Source: Phoronis australis
Taxonomy: Eukaryota; Animalia; Phoronida
DNA length: 64,000 nucleotides
Direction: 5' to 3'
Assembly: GCA_002633005.1 (NCBI GenBank)
Contig: NMRA01000037.1
Coordinates: 124,001 to 188,000, forward strand
A program made the translations under genes and the position numbers. Every line of letters begins with the position of its first letter. Position 1 is the stretch's first letter. A model generated the notes under the pieces. The model was not told where the DNA came from and did no database searches. It worked only from the letters and a program-made list of their open reading frames with translations. Below are positions 15,101 to 28,083 of the stretch, piece after piece.

Positions 15101-18073
15101 CTTCAACAAGTGAGGTACCGGCATAGTCAAAGCACAGACTGTTCTTCGGGACACTTGTGCTGAGAGTCGTCGATTCAGTTGTGAAGGATACGTCACGCGA
15201 TTCATGCAAACTTCCTCGTTCAGAAAAGTAGGCCTGTACAGTTGTTTCCGTGAGTTTTTTAGCACATGGATAAAACAGGTCAAAATCTGAATCGCAGAAT
15301 ATGTGCGTATTCAGACTCCGGGTGCAACGCGCCTAAATGGGAATCTGCGCCTGATCCTCACGCATGCGTCTAACACTCCACCTCCAGTAAACTCGTGGAC
15401 CAAATTTTCATGATGTGGGCTAAACCTTACTCCGCCATTACAAAGTTGACAAAACATTGGCATGTAGCCTATTCAACAAAAACTACTAAAAATTGCGATA
15501 GTCGGGAAACAAAACATTGAGTTTTATTTGAGACATAGCAGAAAAACAGGGAATGGCCGTTTGCGCGGGTTCTCGAACTCAGGGGTAGACAACCTTCACT
15601 TCCCTCGCATCGTGTGTTATTTTCTCATGAAGGTTTTCTTCACGAGCTATATTAATTTCTATTTTACTGTTCTTTTTTAACTTGATTTTTCATTCTCTGG
15701 GAGAAGGCAGGCGTTGCTCATGTGTGATACAATGCATCACCGTCTGCAGCAGCCTACTTCATCCGTCACAGACCGCACGGGCGTTCTCATCGTTCTCTTC
15801 TTGTAAAATTTCATTTACTCACACAGCGTTTCTTTTATCACACCCCGTTGTTCTATTTTTACCTACACGTCTTTTTCCTGATTAACTCAGTGAAGCTGTT
15901 GTCTTCATTGAAAGTTCTGATACCTGCTGCCAAGCATTTGCTTACTTTGCCTCTCCTTTCAAAGAGTAAAATCATCTGCAGTTCTCGAGGAAGGAAATTT
16001 ATTCTAGAACGAAATCCAAAATTCCCGTTGTGTGAGTATTTGGGCCCATTCGCCTATACCTGAAGCTGCACCTATATTCGGAACTACAGGTGCATAGGCA
16101 CATATGAAACACTTGAATGGTACCCGTTGGAGCAATTTCCAAAATATTGTGTTAGTAAATGAATCATGGCGTATCGGTTGATGTTCTGTTAATTTCGGTG
16201 TGCACTGTGGACTTCAGAAATAATGAAAACGTTTAAACAATAACTAAAAAGAATTTAAAAAAAATTGTTTGCTTAGAAAACCGCAAGTCGTTCACTAATG
16301 CTGGATATGTTTTCTTTCCAAGACAAGACATTACAAAACATATTCTTTACAAGAAAACTAAAAAATGACTGGACAAAATATTCTTTCTGTCTCTTATTCG
16401 CTGAGTCTCAGTCACTGATTTCAATGGTCACAGATGTCAGTCAGTTATGGCCGGTTTGAATACGTAAGTGTGTCTGCACTTGACTGTTCTCTTGGGAGGC
16501 ATATGATAATAAATTTCCAAGATGTTACCACCACCCCCCTTCCCCACCCCTGATCAATATTAGGTGACCCATACCTCAATTCACTGTTATTCTCGTCATT
16601 TTATTGTGAGGATTGTGGGGGTTAACTGCTTGCCTAAGTACACATTACACCACTTAGGAGGAATTTCTCAGAAGTCCGCTGATCTCTTATAAACTTTTCG
16701 ACAATTAACTGCTAAATTGAGTCTAATTAGACGTGAGGGCAGATAGCCTTTCCATCAGCGCCAAGAGCTGCGGCAGACGGAGATGGAGTCAGGGAATGTA
16801 AATATTGCAGAGGGGTAAAGAAAAACAGAGTTGGCCTCAAGTGTTACTAATGCTATGTCATAGTTACGTAATAGTATATAATCAAAGGAGGCTTTCAAAA
16901 TTCCATAGTGCTACATGATAAACAGGATTCCTAACGCATGTGCTGGTCATCTTATTCATTAACGCGGTGAAAATCGTATTGGAAAAGATGTATCACGTTA
17001 ACGCGCTCATTCCCTCACACAGGCATGCCGATCCTGGAAAACAATACCTGCTTGGAAATAAATTGGTTTTTAATCTGTCAGCATTTCTAAGCGTAAAGAT
17101 TAAGATAGTATCGTTTGTATTACACCTGCACTTCGCCATGTTGGCTAAAATGAAATCATCCAATCGAATTACTTTTATAAAATCGGCCCTCATGATACCA
17201 ACAGCGACTCACGAAAACGTTTCTGAGTTTCTTGGGGTTGGCCAACTCTAGAATTACAATTTCGAAAATGGCGCATGTGAATGGGGTTGGAAATGGAATA
17301 CCATCAGGGAATATTATGAGACCGTTTTTATGAAAGTAAAACGCCTAATTTGATTTTCGTTTATTGCCACGTAAAACAGTTTCCACGAATTTAGAAGTTT
17401 GCAAGCTGACTACTGAGCTCAGGTTCAGCACCAATGGCCGGTGTAGACAGATTCACGCCCGGGATCTACGTATGACAGAGCTGAAAACGAAGAAAGTATA
17501 TGAAAATTTCCAAAATTTATCCTATTGAAAACCGGCAGTGGAATTTCAATGGACTGTCGCATGTCAACTTTCAGGCCCCGACGTCAATTGGGGGCTAATT
17601 ATCACACCGCCCGTTGAGCATGAGACAAGAGGCACATATTATTGCGAGGATGGACGTGGTTAAATGACATTGTCCATTTCATCTTTATTTAATTTATTTG
17701 TGGCATTTTTACAAGACTGGCGGCCCAACATGCCTACACAAACCGAACATCCTAACGAATCATGAAATTGTCGTGGGCAGAGTGAAATCCTGCCGACCAA
17801 CTTGAAATTGTGTATTGTGTGAGTTCCTGTTGTCCCATTCACGACGTCATCTGCGCGAGGATTTTCCACGTTGACCTAGAAAACTGGAAAAGAGTTAGGT
17901 CTTTACATTATACGTCACTTTTTCAGGTTTGTTTTCAATACCAGGTACCGGATTTTTTGGTAACACCTGCGTGGATTTTGAAAAAGAATGTTTTAGGACT
18001 ACGGAAATGTAGAAGAAAACTGGAATGGCTGATGCAGCGCTGTTGCGTGATTGGGACGCTGAGTATACATATA

Positions 18074-18318
18074 TCGTCGGACAAATGGGTGAACGTTATG
18101 CACGCAAATTACGTCCGTAAGTTAATTCTTATTAGTGACGCAAAGTAATTATTTACGAACGGCGTAAAAATTTAATTTATATCGCAAATAATTACTTTGC
18201 GCCATAAAAATTTACTTTACTCCAGTAATAATTACTTTATGGCGTCAAGTTTACGCCACTAAAAAACTGACTTACGCACGTAATTCACGTGCATAACGTT
18301 CACCCATTTGGCCAACGA
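18074..18318. mobile_element. Fold-back/MITE-like element with ~45-bp inverted termini
   Basis: TCGTCGGACAAATGGGTGAACGTTATGCACG...TACGTCCGTAAGT pairs with ACTTACGCACGTAAT...CGTGCATAACGTTCACCCATTTGGCCAACGA. The interior has repeated TAATTATTT/AATTACTTT units. Confidence 0.7.
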
Positions 18319-19173
18319 CGAGATTGCACAGGAATCAGAGATTCGAACAGAGACAACATGTGTTGTAGGCTAACAGTGTACTGGTTTTATTTTTCTTATG
18401 TCATAGTTTATATGCAGATGGATATGTGTGGGCAAAATGCACTAAACGTCGTGATTCAAGATAATACAGGAATTAAAAGTAAACAACTCTTAGAACTGAA
18501 GGAACAATAAGAAGAAATTCACTATTGTTTTTGCCATATATGGTAATGGTCATCTGCCTCTGGCCACTCTGTGAATGACCACTATGTCATTCTGTTTACT
18601 ATAGAGATAATCAAAACACATGTGATTGATTGACTGGAAGGGCCACTGAATTACTCATTCAATTGAAAGCCAAAATAAGTTATCAGAAACAGACCAGAAA
18701 CGTGTCAGCAGAGTAATAATACCGTTACATAATAATATACTATCAAAATGAACATAGTTAGTAGGCCTAAAAGCCTATCATGGATTTCAGGACACTTCCG
18801 CGCCACAAAGACCGATGGGTATCTACGGAGGTATTTTGAGCAATGCTAAATCACTTTCAGCATATTATATCCCTTAGTTGGTTTTCTTTGAGGCTTTCCT
18901 TACAACATTTCGTAATGGTCTAAAGGTCGTCTCCGTAATATCGTCGTTAACTGGCCCTTCTTGTACTTCCGTGGTCAGTCAGTCCAATGTACACATCTTT
19001 AAATTGGATATTGGTCTCCTAGATAACATCGTGAGCCGTTGAGAGAAAGTGTCGCTCTTAATTACCCTCGGAATTGGGATCGAAACTTCGGGTCGTGTTT
19101 TACGACCATAATCGTTGGGTCAAACGAGAAATTGGTTTGTAGGCACGTGAGGTCTGCAAAAGTACGCTCCTAA

Positions 19174-19797
19174 TTTTACGCTCGTATTTTTCGCGCACAA
19201 CTTTACGCTCGAAGTTTTAGCAAGATGTCGTTAGATTTAAATACCAGTTCGCGAAACCACTAGCCATTTCAATTAATACTGTTTTGATATTGTTTTTTGA
19301 TACATATAGTTGTTATTAAAATGTCTTGAGTAATTTGAGAATGAGTTATTTACCACTACATTACCACCTGAAAACCGTTTTGAAACCTTGAATTTTACAA
19401 TATAATATACCAGCACACACTGCTAAATGCCGTAAAAGAATGAAACATGTCATAAATACATACATGGCACTTTCAACAAACAAAATAAAGCATTGTCAGG
19501 CAACCTGTTAGATATACATTTTGGCACCTCAATATTTACTAAAACAGATCATTTTCAAATGCCTGGGATGGCTACGACAGCACGAAAAAACAGCAACTGG
19601 TCTTCGATGCAATTTCTTAATGCATTTATATTTCGTACTTGAGATTTTACATTCTGAACACTTCACAGCATACCATTTACGTACATGTAGTATGCCCTTC
19701 TCAGTGGAGGCAATCACTGAATTGAACTTGTGGGCGTTTCACGCTTGTACTCTACTCTGTGTAAAAGTACGAGCGCAAAAAATACGAGCGTACAACC
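19174..19797. mobile_element. Putative non-autonomous DNA transposon with TACGCTCG terminal repeats
   Basis: TACGCTCGTATTTTTCGCGCACAACTTTAC at the left end versus GTAAAAGTACGAGCGCAAAAAATACGAGCGTA at the right end (inverted); the TACGCTC motif is reiterated. Confidence 0.55.
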
Positions 19798-20049
19798 AAA
19801 GATGAAAAGGACTGGTTCACACAAATCTATTGGCCATAGACGGCGCTGTATCAAAGACTCTACGGTCGGTTTTGTAGTGTAAAGCAGAATGAAAATTACT
19901 CCACTTCACAAACACAGACTACAAAGAAAATTACACCATCTTATAACATGTGATGATAATAGTCATCCAAATTTGAAAATGTTGAATAAAAGCTGCATGT
20001 ATTGTCTTGTTACTGTATATGATTATAGTAAGTCATAGAATATATTGCA

Positions 20050-20088
20050 TGACGTTCTGGTATTCCGGAAGTTAAATTTAGCTTCCGG
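20050..20088 (+). promoter_or_regulatory. Probable MPLKIP proximal promoter (ETS motifs and a CRE half-site)
   Basis: TGACGT (20050-20055), CCGGAAGT (20065-20072) and CTTCCGG (20082-20088) lie ~60-100 bp upstream of the ATG, as is typical of TATA-less housekeeping promoters. Confidence 0.45.
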
Positions 20089-20146
20089 CTGTGCCGATTT
20101 TGATTTCCAAATTGGTTAGTTTTCCAGTTTAATTTTGATTTTGAAG

Positions 20147-23100
20147 ATGTTTAACCCCGATTTTCGTGCCCGAGGCCCACCTTTTAGTCCAAACTTTAGG
20201 GGCGGCATGAGCCCGCAACATAGACCATGGAACCATCACAACAGGTAATAAAATTATCTCGAATCTTTCGACACTGGCTTTCTGAATCTTTCTCTTTCTT
20301 ACTCTTAGTCTTAGTCTTACTTTCTTTTGTCGACTGAGTTGACTATGTTTTGTCTGCGTTTTGTCTGAGCAGCCAGTGAGTTTGTCTGACTCGTCTCAAT
20401 CGAAGTGAATTGAGAACCATACATGTTAATTGTACAAAAGTGTTAAAATGGATTTGTCTTTATGAATCTTCATTTGACCTATTTACTTTGACTCCCATGA
20501 CTGTGATGTCAGCAAGGTCAGACACTTATCATTCTCTTGACTTTAGTTTTAGCCAATGACACTTAACACTGATTGGTGCATAATGAGAACCAGGCATGCT
20601 TTCTTTAGGTGTGAGAAACTCGCTAGATCATGCAAGACTTCGCGAGATATCACTTTGTAACACAAGATAAGGACATGATCGCACTAGTTTTACTTGCGAA
20701 ATTCTTACATCAGAAGAATGCAACTCTGTTTCATTGGCTTATTAATAATTAACATCATCAACTTAGGAGAATGGATATCATTCGGGCAATCCGGTTAAAT
20801 ACCAGGCTAGTTTTGGAAATTGTTGTTCTTAAGTTCATCAATACTGATTGGCTTCCAATTTTATTGAAACAATGTTTTTCAGGGTCTCGGTGAAGGTGTG
20901 TTTATATGTAAAATCAACTTACTCAGAGACCGAGAATATAGAAATTCGAACGTTTCAAACTGTGCTCTACAGTTCTTTGTCAACAAGTGGTTAATTTAAA
21001 ATGTAAGCAAATTTAGGGGGCAATGCAGTATTTTTCTGGGTTTTGAGAGAAGTGTGTGCACAAAATCTGAGATTTTTCCATAAATGTAAGCCAAGTGTGG
21101 TAAAAGAAACAGCAATTGTGATCTGAGAACATGTCTAATTAGAGCGAGAAAAATCCTTATTCACAAAGATTCTTTCTGCACCCACATGGCCTAATACCAG
21201 TGGTGGATTTAGAGGGGGCAAGGGGGCCCCCTAAAATTCTCCCAGATTCCATTTGGCAGTTCAGGGATGCGAATGTCTGATGGGCAAAATCCTGGTTAAA
21301 ACTCTGCCACCTAACTCAAAATCCTGGATTCGCCCCTGAATACTAAACAATTTTTTCATAATTTTTTATTTGGTCTGCCAATGCTCTAAAGAGTTGTTTT
21401 GGAATGATTTCTGAGCTTGTGATTCTGAATCTGCATAGATTCATCGTAGTTCAAGAACTGAAGTGACTTCAGAGTCAGAAACACTGTGTTGGTATAAAAT
21501 GTAACATTGATGCCTTGGACAATTGTTTTAGCTTATTTAAAAAATCTTGTAAATTCTTGCACTGGGTTGAACTCTAACTTTGTTCTAAGCAGTTTTTCAA
21601 ACTATGGACTTGAAAACTTTCAAAATGATGGTCACATTTATTTAGGAATAAAAGATCCTCCCCCATTGACTGGGTCCAACATATGCCCTTGTCCTCTCCC
21701 AACAAAATAGTGTTGTAGAACTCCCAGAGGCTGACCAGACTAGCTTGGATTTTTGTTTCACTAGCACAACCTAGTGAACCTAGTGAGTTTTGATCTTTTC
21801 ATTCTCTGAGTCCTTAATTCTGTTATAAGGAAGCTATTGCTTTGTTTTGGGGCCAGTATTTTATGGGAGAAGTAAAAGTGATAGTTTATTGACTGCAGTC
21901 TTAAGGTTGTGGTTAGGATCCGAGCAGAAATAAGTCGTAGGCTATTTGATTGCAGAACACATTTAGGGCTCAGTATTTCTTTAAAAAATAGTTTGAATGA
22001 GTGGCACTGTGTACAGGATGTCTGTTGAACTCTGGACCATGAACCAATACCTCTTTTATTTTACTTTGCTTTTTCATGCGAGGATACTATACCAGCCACA
22101 TATCTCACATAAATTTTGTTTTACAGCCCAAGATTTCACCAACAGTTTGTGCCACACTTTTCCTCCACGCCACGTATGGAATACAGATCCCCGAACTATC
22201 GCTCACCCAACTATCATCGATCACCCTCTCCTCAACAATATGGAAATATGCAGAGGCACCCAAGACCACATTCAGATCCTAGGAGTAGACACCCGTCTAG
22301 GAACAGTTTAGGCGCAAGTCCAACCTTCAAAAGTAATTTCGGATTTAGGCATCCTGGTGATGGAGGCAACAGGGGAGGCAGAACACAGGTAAATCTGAAA
22401 AACTTTGATAACTACTGTATGCATAAAATATCACTTTTTAATGTTCCAATATTAGTATATTTTGCCCCAAAATAATTGCCAAAATCAATCTATTAAAGGC
22501 CGATTACTGTTTTTGCAAATAATGGGAATTTTAGAAAATGTTATTTTATGACATCTACATGCCACAGCCCATGCTAAATGTTCTTAGTATTTACTTTTGT
22601 GGAGAAATTTAACAAAATAGAATTTCACTTGTTGGCCATAATGTTGGGCTAAATAAGTGAAGAACTACTATGCTTAGCTGACCTTAAGTATCCTTACAAG
22701 TAAAAGCATGAGCGTTTTGAGATATTCAGTTGAGGTAACAAAATACAGAAAAATTGAGTCAAATATTGGAATTTGCTTATTTAAAGCTCTCCACGAACGC
22801 GTCGAGAGCCTCTCTGAATAAACAAGGTGGGTTAAGGTTCCATCTGTCGTCTGGTTAAAATACCATCTATTGAACAGAACGATAAAAACACCACTAGCCA
22901 AGCCGAGTCCTTCAGACATGGAAGCAAGGTCGCTAACTCATGTAAGCAAATTCCAGTATTTGACTCAATTTTTCTGTATTTGTTTACCCTTACAAGTGTT
23001 AATGGGATGTAGTCTCGTTCATCTTTATGCTACAGTCTTTTTCCGATTTCCAGTTTTCTCGACGAAGCAATGACAGTAGCTGTGGAGTTGATGATGTGAG

Positions 23101-23188
23101 AATGTATTACCACCCAAGCATGACAGAGGACCCATGGGCTGAGTTGCAACCCATTTTAGTCAACAGAGAAAGCTTTACAACTACATGA
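20147..23188 (+). CDS. MPLKIP: M-phase-specific PLK1-interacting protein (TTDN1) homolog; 3 exons 20147-20244, 22127-22388, 23054-23188; 164 aa
   Basis: Phase-consistent GT-AG splicing gives MFNPDFRARGPPFSPNFRGG..., a middle rich in SP/TP and R/G, and C-terminal YYHPSMTEDPWAELQP, matching the family hallmark YYxPSMxEDPW. AATAAA at 23382-23387. Confidence 0.92.
21198..21338 (+). mobile_element. Small MITE with 5-bp TSD (hAT-like) in MPLKIP intron 1
   Basis: AATAC-CAGTGGTGGATTTAG ... CTGGATTCGCCCCTG-AATAC. A related copy lies in the opposite orientation at 27919-28083. Confidence 0.75.
22733..22990. mobile_element. MITE with ~45-bp near-perfect TIRs in MPLKIP intron 2
   Basis: AGGTAACAAATACAGAAAAATTGAGTCAAATATTGGAATTTGCTTA versus TAAGCAAATTCCAGTATTTGACTCAATTTTTCTGTATTTGTTTACCCT. 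Confidence 0.75.
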
Positions 23189-23944
23189 TGTCAGCTGTTT
23201 GTGAAACAAGCTCGTCTAATGAAGAAATTAATGTGGAACTCTGTCACTGAATTTTATGCATGCAAAAACGAGATTGCAGTGGAATCTCTTTCTTTGGAAC
23301 ATTATGTTATATACGAAAATGAATAGGTTTTAAATTTGTAACTTATTAAATTATCCTAATGTGATATGAAAGAATTCAGTGAATAAAAATGTACTGAATG
23401 TTGACATTAATGGCATTTGCTAAGGGATTTTATGAAGCATACGTTTATGAATGTGTGGTAGTTCTTATTAAAGAGAGTCTTTTCACTTATCTTGTGAAGG
23501 AAAATAGAAGGAATGTCAGAAGGCTCATGCACCTTTCCTTTCAGATGAGCAAGTGCTCTGCATATATTTTATTTGATGTATAATTCGATAAAGGCAATTT
23601 CATGGAATCAGATATTTACCTGATTATTTGGAAGAATAGAATGACAAGACAGAGTTTTCTTAAACGGAGATTGTTTTCTTCTCGGTCAAGTTCTCAGGTT
23701 CATGGCGTGTGTTTGTGAGCCACTCACTGTTTTTTCTCACTACCATAGTATGCCATATTTGCGATCTCAGTTTGGTTTTTGGGAATTCGAAAGGCATTGT
23801 CTTCTCAGTCAACCAAATCAAAAGTAATGGCGACCCCTTGTGGCTTACCATTTGGAATACACCCATTGTGAGTACGTATCAGCATTCTTTATTGCTCTTG
23901 TTTTTAATTGCCGTGGTTTTGTTAGTCTTGAAAGGGGAAATCTA

Positions 23945-24160
23945 GCCATTGGCTTGACTCGTTAATACTCTGGCCAATCAGCTGTGACGTGTACATATCC
24001 TGACCACCAGCTATGACTCATAAGTACTTTGACCTATCAGTTGTCATACTTTGGCAAATCAGCTCTGACTCGTGCATTCTGTGTCCAATCAGCTGTGACT
24101 TGTACATTCTGTGTCTAATCAGCTGTGACTTGTAGATCCTCTGGCCACTAAGATTTGAGT
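23945..24160. repeat. Degenerate ~30-bp minisatellite, ~7 units (consensus approximately CTCTGGCCAATCAGCTGTGACTYGTACATT)
   Basis: CCAATCAGCTGTGAC cores recur at ~30-bp spacing. Confidence 0.75.
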
Positions 24161-25839
24161 CACTGTAGGTAAACCTGCTGGACATGGGTATGTGGCTACA
24201 TGATATCGCCTTTTGACCATAGCATTAATGGATTGGAAATAAATTCAAGGTGTTTGGCTTGACCTTGACCTTTGTTCTTCAACATCTCGCCATTTTTATA
24301 GTATCCCGAGCTGAAATGATTTAGAAGTCCGGATACACTATACATTCCGGCAATTGAAGTGTGTCTTCCTCTTGTTTGTGGTCCTGGAGGAATGTCTAGA
24401 AAAAGTAGATGAGAAATATCTAACCCTCTCTTGATTTGTTAATCCTTTTGAGGCTGTGAAGCATAACCCTAGGTTTTACATTGTATTTATACTTGTACAA
24501 GTTGAAAAAGGTTTCAGAGAAAAGCTTACTTAGGCTGTTTGTTTCCCAACATCTTGTTCTATTACATGACATTCAGTTTGTGGAGAATAATGGCATTTTT
24601 GTCTTGGGGATCATCCGGAATTGTGGACATTTTCCCAGGCATATGGAATAATTGCCGGGGAGTGGTTTTGGCCTGCGCAGTCTGAAAGTGTTGCTGAATA
24701 TTGTTTATAGAGGGGGTAATGTGCCTGCCAGAGGCATATGTTTTTAATGCTAATGATTTTTCCTAAGCGATTGTCGGAAAAATTTAAATGCTCTTAGAAC
24801 GATTTCCTTGAAACAGCAGTCATATGAAGTGTTGTTAAGATTCTCGACAGTGGCAGAGGAGTAAACATTGTTCGATGTTGAAGGTCATGACCTTGGGAGT
24901 GACTGAAGAGGTTCAGTTTACAACTGGGCTAGTTGAATTCAACAGTTTGTCTACAAAAATATTTGCAGTGCCGCTTCAAAATCACAAACAGTGGGTAAGA
25001 GGATAATGAAGTTGAAATTTTCTGAGGAGATTGAAGTAAATTGATGACTGGTGTTAGTTGGTTTTAAATTTTTTTAAGTAAAACTTCGAAACAAATGATT
25101 GACAAATCCATTCTTTTGTTTTTTGCTGCAGCTGATAGTATGGTTTTGTATAGTTATGATGTAACTTTCATTTGTTCAGTTTCCTTGTATATTCTTCTGA
25201 ACACCAGCTTTATAGAGAATATATTTTCCAGCTTCTGTAGAAAACGACAGTATTTGGATAGTTGCTTATTACATCCTGTGTTGGGCAAGAAATTCTGGTC
25301 CATTTAAGAAACGATTTCTTTGGGAAACAAGCAGCCAGAATATTCATGGTCTTGTTGTTAGGAATGGCCTGAATTTATTTATTAATTTTATCCAGAATTA
25401 TTGTCTATGAAATATGTTGTTGATTGAAACCATGCTGAAATTGCGTTGGTCAGTCTTTGTGGTGGAAGTATTGTTCTATCTGTGCAAGTTTTATTCGCAA
25501 TTCATTGGCTTTAGTTAATACCATGTATCATTGTTGTAAAGCTTGGGAAAAGTGTTCAAGTACTGTCAAGACCATCTTTTAGTGTATGGTTTCATTGTTG
25601 AGAAATATTTCCATAATATTCAAATGCAAAACAATACTTTAAGCTAGTGATTTTGATACAATATTTTGTTTCATTGTCACATCTGAATGTGGAAGTAACA
25701 AATCTGATCATTTGTGGGTTTGATCTTTTGTTACTTGCCTTGTTGTTTAGGAGTTGAGAAGGGGGATGTATTGGCAGCATAACAAAACTACAAGTCTTGA
25801 ATTGAACTTGCCACGGGTAGGGTTCTTCGTAATGTGCCC

Positions 25840-25977
25840 TGTTGTATCTCTTATTACATTTGTTAAACACAAAGAAAATAAAAGATAATCCTTGTTGCAA
25901 TTTCACATGTTGTATCTCTTATGACATTAGTTCAACACAAAAAGAAAATAAATGATAACCCATTGTTGCAATTTAAC
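25840..25977. repeat. ~69-bp tandem duplication (2 copies)
   Basis: TGTTGTATCTCTTATxACATTxGTTxAACACAAA...GATAA...TTGTTGCAATTT occurs twice in a row. Confidence 0.75.
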
Positions 25978-27918
25978 AGGCTTTTAAGGCATGACAGACT
26001 AAAGTAATAGAAGTTTTTCTTACCTTCTAAATCAGCAGTGCTGGCAGATTGTGAGAATGTCAAATTTACAACCTGCATTTGGTGTGCAGAAATATATTGA
26101 CTGCAGTGTTGTATGTGATTCGGGTTTATAATAATACAACTGGTACAATTCGAGTTAAACGGAAAAAATCGAAATGGGTCATTTACTCTCGTAAAATCGA
26201 TTTCATGATTTTTCTCATGGTGATCAGATTTCATTTCTATTACCTACTCAAATCACAGGCAATGTGTACATGCGCCATTTTCGAATTTTCAGTTTTAGGG
26301 TTGGCCACCCGATTAAACCTTGAACCGTTTTCTTGAGTCGTTTATGATTTCTATGTTCATTTTGGTAACGGAGACGTCATCGTATCACGGCAAGAAGTAT
26401 TGCGAGGTCGATTTTGTGAGAGTAAAAGACCTAATTAAAATTTCATTTTAGGGAGCATTGGCAGGGCGAAGTGCAGCTTCAGTTGAAAGTTCTGACTCGC
26501 GTTGTCGGAGTGTCCATAAAATTACTTTTGATTTAGGCCACGCACACTGTTGCAAAATTGGTCTCAGTTTGACCCTTTCGCACAAATTAAAATCGTTTCC
26601 AGTGAAATCAAAGAACGAGTGGCGTCATAAGAGTGATCTGATCTCTCACGCTGCATCAAACACGCACAGGGATGAATCAAATCGCCATTGCACGAAACAC
26701 CTGAGCATAACTGACCGAACAGCCACGTTGCGCACAATACTATGCAAATCTGACAACCTGACAAAAATTTCGAAACATTCATATATTACACTGTGAAAGC
26801 TTGTTGCAGAGAGGGCCTCATCTAATAGTTTGTATATCTGGCCTAGTATCTATAAAACTATAATTTTTAAGTACGTAAAAGTAAATATTTTTGGAAAAAA
26901 GCTATAAAGCATGAAGAATTTTGTCTACTTGTCAACATGTCATTTATTGGATCACGTGACAATTTCTTTTCAGTAAAATTTAGCAAAAAGTAAGATACAT
27001 TCATAGCGAACAAGGGAATTAGTAACACAGCTAAATTTCCATCAGTTTGATGTTAATGTTCAAAGTGAAATCTCAAAATATTTGTTACAGTTTTCTGAGT
27101 TATAATTTTCGGTTTTCGCGTCGTGCAACTTATGATTTAGAAAACACCATTTTTGATAACACAAAAAATGGATTATTTGAAAACAATTCCTAACAAAGTT
27201 TTGGAAAACAATTCGTCGTATTTCAACGTTTTATATGAATCCGACGGATTGGCTATTTTTGACGGATGATGTTCAGAATTTCGTCAAATTTGGAGTTTTT
27301 CTAGGGTCTTGCGTAACGCTAATGCTTCAAGCGTTTCCGATACGGTCGAGAATTTACAGTTACGACGGCTTTAGCGGCTTTTCACATGAATTAGCTGCGA
27401 TGCACTGAGTTTTCTGGACGAGTGCATTACAAATTTTATTTAAATAATAGCTAACGAAAAAACCATAGTTCAAGATATTAAATAATGCACACTGTACGGT
27501 CAGAACAAGTTGGACACTGGCGGAGAAACGGCATGTTGAGATTTTTTGGATTCTGCACAGATGACATTTTAAGTTACACTTTTCGGTTTGTTAAACAATC
27601 AGTTCTCGTTTCTACAGTCGAATTTATTTTCTAATATAGAAAGCACAGTAACAATTCCTTTTAATTCTTGTTCACCTGGTGCGGAGCTTGGTTGAAAATT
27701 CTCCAATCTGTACTGAACTAAAACCTGGTGACGACAGAGGTCACAGTTGCATTAAGTTTGGTGCCGGCCAAAACTCAAAAATTTTGTTCTCTACAACCAA
27801 AGACAACTTTGGTACTACTTCTAACGTCTGCGTATTGCAAAACAAACTGGGGTCCATGTCGATCGCACTGAAATACACGGAAAATGGTATATAAACTATA
27901 AAAAAATTAGTTAATTTG

Positions 27919-28083
27919 CAGGGGCGGATCCAGGATTTTGAGTTTGGGGAGGTCAGGGCAGCATATTAGCCAGGATTTTGCCCAACAGACATTAGTTCGC
28001 ACCTCAGGCTCCGAACTGCCTAAATCTGGGAGAATTTTAGGGGGGGGGCATGGCCCTCTTGGCCCCCTCTAAATCCGCCACTG
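27919..28083 (-). mobile_element. MITE, same family as 21198-21338
   Basis: CAGGGGCGGATCCAGGATTTTGAG ... CCCTCTAAATCCGCCACTG, the reverse complement of the 21198 element. Confidence 0.75.

Noticed and set aside
15890-17330. Exon-like segments with plausible splice sites (~15890-16031, ~16322-16463, ~16926 onward)
   Set aside because: No phase-consistent open frame or recognisable protein could be assembled. It could be a lncRNA or a decayed gene, but there is no support.
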